64,000 nt of DNA from assembly GCA_012295275.1 (NCBI GenBank), contig CM022674.1:9300001-9364000 (forward strand). The letters are read 5' to 3'. The notes under the pieces were generated by a model. It did no database searches. It was not told the DNA's origin and saw nothing but the letters and a program-made list of their open reading frames with translations. The position numbers and the translations under genes are program-made. Of this stretch, positions 49,069-61,380 are shown one piece after another (positions within the stretch are counted from its first letter, which is position 1; each line of letters begins with the position of its first letter). The stretch comes from Chrysomallon squamiferum. Lineage: Eukaryota; Animalia; Mollusca.

Positions 49069-51543
49069 TTATATTATTGTTTAACTATTGAAATAAAAGG
49101 TGTTTAGACAAAGAGTCAGGAATTCAGGAACCTGTCAGTGGCGCTGTTACTTTAGAAATCGATGTAGATTCATTTTTACGGGAATTAACCTTGAACCATC
49201 GAGACTTGTAAAATGTGTTCTACAACAGAGGTCTCAGCAGATAGCTGCATTTTTTATTTATGCACGTACAAATGGCATTTACTGCATAATATAAAGATTA
49301 TTCATCGAAATTAATCATTCATTCTTCTTGTAAAATTATAGTTTTACACTGTAATATAATAACTTTTGTTTAATCTGTTTTTTCTTAATTTATCTTTATA
49401 ATCATATCAATATTTAGTCTAAATATTGTAAAGATTGTAGTTAAAATGTAATTATTATTATTATTATTATTATTATTATTTCTTTTTCAATTAAAAAACA
49501 AATAATAATGTGTAATCTTGTTTTTAAGTTTTAATACAATTTTAACAGAATTGAGTCATCTTCACATATTAATAAAATTTATTAGTACTTAGTTAACAAT
49601 TATTATTTCGATTTTTCTTCTTTTTTTAAAAAAATCACAACACACAGACACACACACACAAAAAAGAACAAAAAAAACCAACAACAACACAATAAAAACA
49701 TTGGATATTGATTTTTAATGAAAAAGCTCGATGTTGATATTTACTAAAATATACTGATATTGATATTTGTTGAAATACATAGACATTGGCCTTAAAGAAC
49801 TATACTGACATCCATATTTACTGTAAAGTTGTGACACTGTCATTTATTGAACAATACTGACTTTGATATTTACGAAAAACACTGACACCGACTTTTACTG
49901 AAACGTACACTGATAGTTACTGAAGACATCTCACGTGGATATAATTTGTAAAACAGTGAGACTGTTCACCTACAAGAAAACTAGCAAAATGAGGACAGTT
50001 GAAACATTTACACAGACGTCGCATGACTATCGATTAGGAAATTAAAAACGGATAGAGACGAGTTTTAAAGATATTTCCAGGTCGAGAAATGATTATTCAT
50101 TGATCATATACGTGATACTGTGTTTGAGTCTTCAATCTTTGACTAGTACAACAAACACGACAAATCGTTTTAACATCCATATAACTCTAAACACATTGTC
50201 CAGATATTCTTGTAATTACAAGTCAGTTTGTTTATTTAAATGACATGAATTTTAATACAAAACAGTAAACGATTATAAAATTTTGAACAGTGTTTCAAAG
50301 TATGTAATTTTGTGCCGGACATATTTTTTTTTTTTTTTTTCACCTTTCTTTCGACAGTGATAAACGGTAGCTCTAAGATACAAACTTTAAGCCAGACAAT
50401 TTAGTGCACGGTCAGCCTCTAATCACACACAGTGGTACCTCTCTAGAGTTAGTGCTTTTTTCTGGGTATAAGACCAATACAATATTTTGTACCCAAATGC
50501 GTTTATTCAAAATATATGTTCACATTATTTTGAAATAATATAGTATTCTACAGCTTCAAGTTCACATACATACACATACTGCATAATGTACGGATACAAA
50601 CTAGCCGGATAGATGCAGTTTTATATTAGACGTATTTTAATGCCTTTTAAAAAAAATCGTAGTACTGAGATAACATTAATTGAAATAAGGTATCTAAAGG
50701 TTTTCAAGATCCACCAATTTTAATGCAACTAACTACTCCTTCAAAGAACTGTCGTTGATCAGTAACATTTAATTTAGAGTTCGACTGGTATTCCTCGCTT
50801 GAACTCTGATGGCCAAAGTGAACGATCTAGTGTACATTTTTTTATCTACTGGATTGACTTTAATCTCAGCAATTTCCTCTTTGTTTATTCTTCTTCTACT
50901 TCTTATCATCATCATTATTTATTTATTTATTTTGTTATTTGTTACCTTAAACGTATAAAAAAACAAATGTTAAAAAAATGTCCATAATAACCCAAGTGGA
51001 TCTGTGATCAAGCTGTCGCAAAATGAAATGATCAACCATAATAACTCCAAGTAACCCGAACAGCGCATTCCAGGTATGTTTAAAAATTAAGTCTGTGAGA
51101 TAAAATATATAAATGTTTAGTGGAAGAATGTTGCTGTCATTATAATTTCTAAACGATATTCTATCTTACTCAAAACACCCATTTTGACAATAAGCTGGAA
51201 AAAAAGTAAATCTCTTGACCAGTGTAGATCACCGGAAACACATTAAATAATAAACACTTATTTTTCTGTCACATTTATTAATAAGCATTTGTTTTCCCAT
51301 ATTAAATCATTAAGTCTTAATCTAATAATTATGTTCACTTTATTCTTTGCACAGTCAAATTATTTTAATTATTTAAGTATGATTAAAAACTTATAATAAA
51401 ATGTTTATATTTCACTGGGATAGAAAACTTCTATTCAGCTAATTTATAAACAAGAAAATCTAAAATTGTAAAGTAGGTTTATGTCTTCGTAAAATAATAA
51501 AATAAGTTTTGCCTTTATTTATGTCGTTGATATGAACATATTT

Positions 51544-51579
<36 letters not shown>

Positions 51580-52491
51580 TACCGCTAAATATTTCAATAG
51601 TGTTCCGAAACATTTCCAAGCCATGTGGGATATCTGCCAGTAAAATCAACAATATTGCAGTAGTCAACGTCAAATGGAGCATAGCGTGTAACATGGCGAA
51701 GGAAGCACTGTGGTAAACAAATAATAATTAAAAAAAAGAAATTTAATAAATGAAATATCTATAGAATACCAAATTTATTTTGTTATCGATGGCATTCTTC
51801 TGAAGTCTGGTCATGATCTTATAAGGACGATATTACAGAAAAAAAGTTTTCCACATATAAACAATTTGTGATATGCTGAAAATATTTTAATCAGCAATGG
51901 AAATATATGTTGAATGGAAATGTTTTGAATAAGGAATGCGTGTCAGATAGTATAACGATGGAGACAAATAAAACCTTCAATCGATAAGTTTAAATTACCT
52001 TTTTATTTTGAAAATAAATCTGAGAGGTATTACCCGAGTAAATAAACAGTACCAGGCAATTATCAAAATTTCATCCACCTTTATCAGCAATGTTTTCAGC
52101 TCAAATGAGAACAACTTGCTCAAAATATTTAAAATATTTTTAAAATACAAATTGCAAGAATAAATTTATATCTTCTAAAATGATTATTTTTATCTGTCTA
52201 ATACTACTGTTTTATTTTATTAGACACTCTTATCACAATTTATTTACTCAGAAACAATAGTAAAATAACAATAAGATAAACCATACTATGTACAAGTACA
52301 CTCATATCCGACTGTGGAGCCATTTAACAAAACACCACGCGGCTTTACTGGAGTGTTCTCTTTTGTCTGCCACCACTGCAGTAAGAGTCCAATTTGAAAA
52401 AAAAAAAAAAAAAAAAATATCCCAACAAAAATTTAATGAACAATAGTCAAACTGAGTCTTCTTAATTGACAGTAATAATGATATTTTAAAA

Positions 52492-52523
<32 letters not shown>

Positions 52524-55500
52524 GGGACTGATCGATAGTAAAGCACTTCTTAAAACCTTTTAAATTTTAATGAGAAAAACAGTCATGTACAGAATGAATA
52601 ATTATATAACATTATATTTAATCATTACTGCTATTACTATCTCTATTTCCCATAGAAGTAATTATATTACTTATACCGCTGCAGTTGCTGCCACTACTAC
52701 TACTACATCCACTACTACCACCACATCCATACTACCACCACCACCATTACGACTACGACCACAACCACTACTATTATTACTACTGCTTACTATTACTATT
52801 ATCATTTTCTATATGTTAAACGGTTTAATTATTTTCTTTAAAAAAGATTGATTTAAAACATACAATTTAGCTTTCATCACCAGTGTAGACAGTTCATGAT
52901 TAATTCATGATTAATTTTGTTATTACAAAAAAAAAAGAAGAAAAAAAAAGAAGATTATTATTATTTATTAACAATGACTTTTTAATTATTTTTCTACAGT
53001 GGCGAGTCTAACAGTATAACTTTTAAAATCGTTAAATTCGTTTCTAAACATTCTGAAGATTAGTTTTTGTTGACAAGTACTGGTACATAATATTCTCTCT
53101 GAAAACCAAATCAATACAGAATTATGTTCATCTAACAGAAATAGGTTATTTATGGAAACGGACTAAACTTTGCGAACAAAAATACATCACTTAAACGATT
53201 AAGCCAGTTTTAAAATATATGTTTCCTGAAAAACTGACATCATTAGGGAGTTATCGATAAATGCTTCGCTTTCTGAAGCTGTTTCAAACTCATGCTAGTT
53301 AAAAATGATGTTTTCTAGCTATTAATATATTAATCAATACAATTTATAATATTTCGTTTTAAAGGTTTCGCAACAAACTTCGACAGCAGTTTCAAAAATA
53401 CCCATTTTTAAAATATATTCATTATCTTTGCATGTATAAAATATAAATAATCATTTATATTTTATAACGATTAAGTTATATATATATATATAATTTGGTA
53501 TATCAGAAAGGAGCAGCACGAATGTCCAGAAATCAAGAAACACTATTAGAAATATACAGATCCAGTTCTATTATTTTAAAGGAGCTTGTGAACAACGTTT
53601 ATGTGCGTGATATGCATATTATATATTTGTTTTCAAAATATATTAATTTATTTATTAATTTTTCTTCTTTTACTTCTTCTTCTTCTTTCTTCTTCTTCTT
53701 CTTCTTATTATTATTATTATTATTATTATTTATCAATTAGCAAGTTAAAATCCAATTCTATTTCTCAGTTTTAATCAGTTCAGATATAAACTGTACTGAA
53801 ATGTTATTATGACATAAATACTAAATTGTTCATTATTAGTAAAAACACAAAAATACGGAGATAAAGAAACACGTTGCATTATTAGACTTGATACAGAAGA
53901 TGTAGCTGAGTAAAAAAAATCAGGTAACGATGTCAGTGGTCTCAGAAGTGACGACAATTATTTGTAGATCAGCCGCGACTGGCGCTAAGTTGATTTTACT
54001 CTGTTTCTCATTACGAGCAGCAGTAGGTAAACAATCTTAATCACCAATGCGCAAGCATTTTGGGAATGGCGTGCAACTATAAAATTATTTTCTTAGAAAG
54101 ATTGAAGTTATTTGCAGCTAGCTGGTTTTCTAATGTGGAAATAAACAGATTTGATTGTATTTGTGCTGGAGTAATTCTGAGGAGCACACACGCAATAATA
54201 TGTGTGAACTGAATCATCACATATTCTCTCTTCAGAATCTCAAAACACCCACAATTATAATCACTCGCAGTCAACGTTCCTCTGATTTTCCCAACCACTA
54301 AACGGAGTTTTTGATGATTTGAGCAACGAGAGAAATGTTCAGTGGCTTAATCATTTCAGCTTTCGATGGTGAACAAACCATCTATCTATCTATCTATCTA
54401 ATATATCTATCTAATCTATCTGTGTAACAATCTATCTAATCTATATGTCTGCCTGTCTGTCTTTCTGTCAATCTACCTACCTACCTACCAATCTATCTAT
54501 CTAATCTATCTATCTATCTGTCAAAGAATTAAATACAAATAACATTCAAATATATATGCAATAAATATATATATTTGAATATAATTTGTATTTTATTCTT
54601 TGATATGTGTGTGTGCATTGAAATATGACTATGTAAATATCTATATTTTTCATATATATAATATATATCCTTTTGGACAGAACTAACTTTACTTCGATAA
54701 ATGACTGACTGCATGCCAGACAGCATAAAAGACATGAAGTAGATAAAATAGATAAACATTAACAATAAAAGACGATAAATTAAAAAAAAAAAAAAATTCA
54801 AAAACATCTCTCTATCAGATACCTTCTGTTACTATGACTATTACCACCGCAGCAACGTTTTATTATTACCACCACACCACCACCACTACTACTACCACTA
54901 TTACTCTACTACTTCAACTACTGCTGCTGCAGACAGACATTTTACTTTTGTTCTGTACTAGATAATTATTTCTGCATTTTCTAACTTTCGTTTCTATTTA
55001 TTTATTATTTTTTAAAATTATTTTATTTATTATTTTAATATTATTTATTACATTCATTTCATTTCTTAATTTTCGATTCTAATAATACATTTAGACTCAT
55101 AACTGAAGTTCTAAATTAATGATAATAGAAATAGTAAACTTATTAGAACTAGGTAGTTAATCGAAATACTGTAGATATCTTTTTAAAAATAAAATAAAAA
55201 AGGAAAATATGTCTTAATTTATATAAATAAAATAAATTATATCATCTTTTAAATAAAAATAATATACCTAGTAATCGGGAAACCATTCATTATTTCATGT
55301 GTAATATATTTTCATTGGAGTTATTCCTCTTGCTTTAGAAACTTCTTTACAAGCATCACAACAGTAACATAAACGAGGGAGTTTATTAATTTCCCACTTA
55401 TTTCCCCAATTTTTAAAGTGAGTCCATTGCATGAGATGCAGAGCCAGTTTGGTAACATGTATTTGAATTTGGCAAGGAAGCCTTTAGAAGGAAACTGTTG

Positions 55501-56116
55501 AAAAGAATCGCAGAAAAAAATAATTACTTTGAAATACTAAAAAATGTGCGTGGGAGGGGGATCCATTTACATCTAGCATGGATGTCGACAAATAAATTAC
55601 AACTGATTCATATGCTGACAACTATAAAAATTGGAGTGAATACATTTTACAGGAAATATCCGTATGTTGGTAATCTCACTGATAACCTTCGCTGCAAAGA
55701 AGATGGAGTTCAACGAATCATGAAGACATGCTTAACAATTCTCAATATGGAAAAACATATAGCTTTACAGTTGATTAATAATGTGATGTTATTATTATCA
55801 AATTAATCATATTGTTCATTACCAATTTTTGTTTCATATTTCAGAAAGCAGAAAAAGTCAAGCCAATGCCCGGTATGAAAGAACATACTCTATCCGACTG
55901 TTGTAAATGAAACAATAAACTCTCCATTCCGAGTTTAATTCGTTCCGCGACCGAACTCATAACTCAGTTTGCTCGCATATCAAATAAATTTTCCCAAATG
56001 ATATTAACTGAAATACCATTAATCCGTTCCAGCCCACCCCAAAACACCCCATTTTTTTTCTTTTCTGTAACTTGTTTTTAAACAAATTCTTGTATAATAA
56101 TAAACCTAAACTTACT

Positions 56117-58326
56117 TTATTCAAATGCCTGTTTATTATTTCTAATTTCTACAAGAAGCTTGTATTTAATGGCAGTATTTAAATAAACAAATAATTAATG
56201 ACCATAATCATCTAAATATCTGATTATTTGAAATACCTCAGAAAGAAAACAATTTAGTGGTAGCAACTTATCATCCAAATATAAGTATTCAGCTGCTTGT
56301 TGTTCCAGCTATTTATTAGGAACTCCATGATTTCAAAATGCCATTTAATTAATTAACAGACACAACTAACTTGGAGCAAATTGGTAGGCATTTACATAAC
56401 ATGTAGCTTTGGTGTAAACTTAAATGCAACACTCAGTATCTAACTCTGGTAATACAACCAAACAATATATTTTGCATTTATAAAGATAAGAGATGTACAA
56501 AATATATGTTGGCCCCTTTGTACATTAGAGGTTTGAATAATATCAAAATTGTTTTTACCAGATGGCAAAGGTTGTAATAACTCATCACAGATGCTCAGTT
56601 TGAGGATGAAAGCCCTAAGTGATTGTTCTAAACCATACAGATAGGAGTCAGCTCTGAAATGTTAAATTTACATAAGAAATTAAATGAGCAAAAGAGGTGT
56701 GTTCGTCACCCATGTTTTTGCAATGTACCTAAATTGGTTTTATTCTTATTACCACAGCATATTTTGTTTGGCGTATTCAGGGGCTTATCATTGCTATGTG
56801 CATGGCCGTAACAACACTCTTTTTGAAATGAGGCAAAACATTTAACTGCCATGCCGAGCAGGGCAAACAAATTTGGGTGAGCTAGAACCAGGCTAAGACT
56901 GAAATGTGTGAAAAGGATGTTTTATTCCTTAAATCATCAGGTTTTTGATAAACCTGTCTGATTGATGTCTGATGTCTTTGAAGTCATTTATATTTTCATT
57001 GCAGCAATGTTGGCAGAAATCAAATGGTAACCATAGACATAAACAAATTCATTCAGTGGATATTGTTTCTACTGGAACAGAGATTTTTATTTTCAATTTT
57101 TTTATTAAAATCTTTTTATCTAAAAATAAAAATACATAATTTAAACTTTAAAAAAGACATTTGCCTCATTTGCCTCAATGTAGTTATGGCCATGATATGT
57201 CTGAAATTATCTCACTATAAATCATAAATGTGTTACATTAAAAAACACTGATTAAAGTAATTAAAAATAGAAATTATATTTGTGATAAAATGTGTTACTT
57301 TTAAATAAAATTATCACCTGCTTTTTGGAAGTGGCAAACCAATTTCAAAAACAAAATGCTCCAATGGTAATTTACTTCCATTCAGTATCACAATGACAAT
57401 TTTATTCACCAGTTTTTGATCAAGAAGAACTGCAACTCCTTCTATAAGTCTAGAAATGTAATGACTCACCTCTGGATGCTTGCACATCTAACATGCATAC
57501 AAAAAAAAAAAAAAATGCAGTGTTTATAAAATTATTTTTTAATTGTTGTAAGTTATAATTAAAACACTGAAATATTAAATAGAAATAATAAAAATTTAAA
57601 GTCAAAATTTAATCTAAAAATTATTATGTAAATATACATTAAAAATACAAAAATCGTTTCTGTTAGTCCTTGAGTATATAAATTCAATATTCTAAATTTT
57701 AAAATAAATGATTTGATTTGATTTTAACCTGAACTGGGACATTATACTTCTTTGTGTTTTCAAACACCCCAGGTGGGTAAACACCACGTACGTACAAAAC
57801 ACAATGAATAGCAACTTCCAAAAATTCTCTCAGGATATCACATGAAACTGAAAAATAATTAATGAAACTGTAAAAACATACATTCCTATTTTAATGAAAA
57901 CACACACATATAGATGAAAAGAAAGACCATAACTTTTAAAGAAAATCCAAAAATCAGAAATTGATATGGTAAACTCGTTTGCAATATCAAAAAATTCAAT
58001 GGCCCTTTAATACTGGATGTCAATGATTTTAAAACTATTTATATGTTAGCATGATGCAATCGTAAATCACAATCAGTCAGTGCATAGTTTCACATAGTAC
58101 AACATTGATTACTTGCACAAAAATATTAAAACCAAAGGCCAATTTCTGAAACGATTTTATTTTATTCCATCAGATTAACAGCAGTACATTTTGGCTAATG
58201 TGCCTAAGGAGGAACATAAATGTAAGGAAGAATAATAATGTCGGCATCCATGAGACGTGCCTGACAGTGCACGTAGTATAATGTGTAATTATCGTTACCG
58301 TATGTGGTATGTATATTTGAAAACAT
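56117..58326 (-). CDS. MAD2L2: REV7/MAD2L2 HORMA-domain protein; 5' exons intact, 3' exons apparently degenerate (possible pseudogene)
   Basis: Exons 58326-58299 MFSNIHTTY; 57847-57729 [40 protein letters not shown]; 57487-57318 [11 protein letters not shown]...[21 protein letters not shown]; 56653-56559 [29 protein letters not shown]. These match REV7 motifs ([45 protein letters not shown]). 3' exons between 56439 and 56117 are uncertain. Confidence 0.88.
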
Positions 58327-58708
58327 TTTATTATATAAATCTTAGAAGATAACTAATAAGCGGAGTACCAAAGGCATTTAATTGCTTTCGATAGCCAATG
58401 GTAATAAAGGTATTGAAGCTAATGACCGCTGGTGGCGCTGGCTCTTTTTTTTTTTTTTTTTTCTTTTATTTTATTTTATTTTTTTTTATCTTTCAAAACG
58501 TTACGCTGATTTACTGTGTGTTTTAAAGCAGAATGAGGTCAAATATCAATTTTATTTTGTTCGGGGAATTTCTTAACAAAAAATAGACTGGACTGAATAG
58601 ATTATTCAAATGGAACATTTAGACTATTGAAGTATCTTTCACATTCCACCTTGTATTTTACAAATAACTACCGATATTTATTGTTTAACAGCCATTTGAA
58701 GGGAACCG

Positions 58709-58889
58709 TTAGTGCCCGATTAGTAAAAAAAAAGAAGACTTCATTATGGGTATGGAAACTCTTCTTATGTTCCCATATCTAGAAATAGGTTCAGGCATGC
58801 CTATCTTGGATCCGATCTCTGACATCGCCAGGGATGGGGGCTCCGGGACTGGAGTAAAAATCTCAGGAACGACAACTCTATAGGGTCGT
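58709..58889 (-). CDS. Probable terminal coding exon of an unidentified gene located further right
   Basis: Acceptor tacttctgcag, then open frame RPYRVVVPEIFTPVPEPPSLAMSEIGSKIGMPEPISRYGNIRRVSIPIMKSSFFLLIGH*; GC-richer than flanks; upstream exons not identified. Confidence 0.4.
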
Positions 58890-59235
58890 CTGCAGAAGTA
58901 AACATCAAAATAACAGAAAAGTTATCTATTCTAGTATTGACGAACGACAGCTCTTACTAAGGCATTATCTCAAGCTCATTCATCAACTGAAACAAGCCAA
59001 GAACATAATATTTAACTCAGTAAGACTACTCTTAAGGTCTTCATAAAAAAAAAAAAAATAAATAAATAAAATAAAATAAAAACTATATTGAACAGCTAAT
59101 TCAAATTAAATAAATATAAAACTTGAAATATGTTTTTGGTGATTTACGGTTGTCGACTTTAAAGAAAAAAAAAAAAAAAAAAAGACCCTTCAAAAAAAAC
59201 TTTGAAATGTGATGTCTTTTACATGTCAAATTAAC

Positions 59236-59908
59236 ATAAATGTAAAAAACTTAATAGAGAATATGTTCATAATCAGTGTCTTTATCAGAAAGAAAATATC
59301 TAAAACTAGAATATTACTTCACAAATTTACACTATCATGGATATCATCAAAAAGTGTTTTGTTTTTATTCCAGGGACTGGTTTTCTTTTAACTGGTATAA
59401 AATACATCTTTTTTCATTTGACAATATAATAAAATATGATACATTGCTAGTATTTAAATTAAATGATTTAAGTAATTTATTTATGAATATATTATTATTA
59501 TTATTACTCTTACTGGTATTAATATTATTTTATTCACCTTAGTTTAGACTACGATTCTAATAATACAGTAATCATTATTATACATATGTCATTTTCTTAT
59601 AAAATAATAAATAATCAGAAACATACCACCAAAAGTCTAAGTTAATTAATCAGTTGCACTGATTCACACAAATGTGTCCAACCTGTGTATATTTCTGAAA
59701 AACTCCATAGAAATTTAATTTTTTAAAACTGATGAATAGTTTCATTTTTTATGTTTTACCAGTTACATAATAACATTAATTAACATTAATTTGCCTTACA
59801 CTATCATTACATAAATGTAAAAAAAATTAATAGAGAATATGTTCATAATTGGCGTCTTTTTCAGAAAGAAAATATCTAAAACTAGAATATTACTTCACAA
59901 ATTTACAT
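59236..59908. repeat. ~100-bp direct repeat pair (~59236-59331 and ~59810-59908)
   Basis: cataaatgtaaaaaa..ttaatagagaatatgttcataat....gtcttt.tcagaaagaaaatatctaaaactagaatattacttcacaaatttaca occurs twice with few mismatches. Confidence 0.85.
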
Positions 59909-59924
59909 TGCACACAATTAACAA

Positions 59925-61380
59925 CTTTAATCGCTACTACCAGCAACAACATTTGTATTAATACGACAGATACATCTGACATTATACTCATTGCTGCCGG
60001 GATTACAATGTCTATTAATAGAGCCGATAAGGCGGCTATTACCATCACTAATACCAGCACTATCATGTGTATTATTACGACTGGTGAGACTGCTATTACA
60101 ATCACTACTACAACCACTGTCATATGTATTAATACCACAGATACATCTGCCCTAACGATAACTATTACCAGAACTACCATGTCTATGTCTACGGCTGCCA
60201 TTAGCGTCACTACTACTAGAACCACCATGTGCATTAATACCATTGGGAAGTGTACTATTTTGATCACTACTACCAGCACTATCATCTGTAGAAAAACCAT
60301 CAATAACGCTGTTATTACCATAAGTACTACCAGCAGTATCATGTGTATTAATACCTTAGGTAAGGCTCTACTTCCAGCACTGTGATGTGTATTAATACAA
60401 CTGTTAACCGCTGTCATTACCATCACTACTACCAGTACTACTGTGGCTAGGAATACTACCGATCTGTGGGTTATTACCATGACTACTGAAAAACACTAGT
60501 AACGCTGCTATTACCATCAGATGTCTACGAACACCACCAGTAAGTGTCCTATATCATTATTATTACCAGCACTACCATCGGTAAGGCTGGTATTATGATC
60601 ACTAGTATCCCTGCTATCACGTGTATTATTAATTAATAGAACTGGTACCCTGTTATTTCCATCACTACTACCAGCACTACCATTTCTGCGTATAGCACCG
60701 AGCTAGCTGCTCTCACCATGACGACTAATACAACCGGTATTGCAGAGGTATCGGTGATATTAACACACATGGTAGTTCTGTGATGTTATGTGCAGAGGTA
60801 TTAATAGACATGGTAGTTCTGTTAATTGGGATTCTAATAGCAGTGATAACGGTGGTATTAATACACATGATAATGCTGGTAGAAGAGGTAATGTGAGCAG
60901 TACAGGTGATATTAATACACATGATAATGCTGGTAGAAGAGGTGGTAATGTGAGCGGTACAGGTGATATTAATACACAATATGGAGATGGTAATTGCAGC
61001 CTTTTTGGTGCTATTAATACACATGATAGTTACTGAAGTATTGTCAATGGTATCGGTGCTATAAGTAGACATAGTTGTGCTGATAGAAGTGATGGTAATG
61101 GGAGTCTTACCATTGAAACTAATAAACATGATAGTGTTAGTAGCAGTGATGGTAAAGGCAGCTTTACCGGTGGTATTAACACACATGATATGGCTGGTAT
61201 TATTGATGGCAATGGTAGCCATACTGATGGTATATGTACACATGGTAGTGTTGGTTGTGGTAATGGCAATAGCAGCGATACCGGAGGTATTAATAGACGT
61301 GACACTGCTGGTATTAGTGAAGGCAATACCAGCGGCACTGATGAGGTTACTAGGTATGACAGTGCTGCTATTAGTGAAAT
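59925..61380. repeat. Degenerate ~57-bp minisatellite in two oppositely oriented arrays
   Basis: Unit ~gctattaccatcactactaccagcactatcatgtgtattaataccactggtaaggct on the plus strand to ~60740, then on the minus strand to ~61380; gives 19-aa periodic pseudo-ORFs (AAITITTTSTIMCINTTGK) on both strands. Confidence 0.8.

Noticed and set aside
48645-49084. ORFs rich in YI/HT/CV dipeptides
   Set aside because: Translations of dinucleotide microsatellites.
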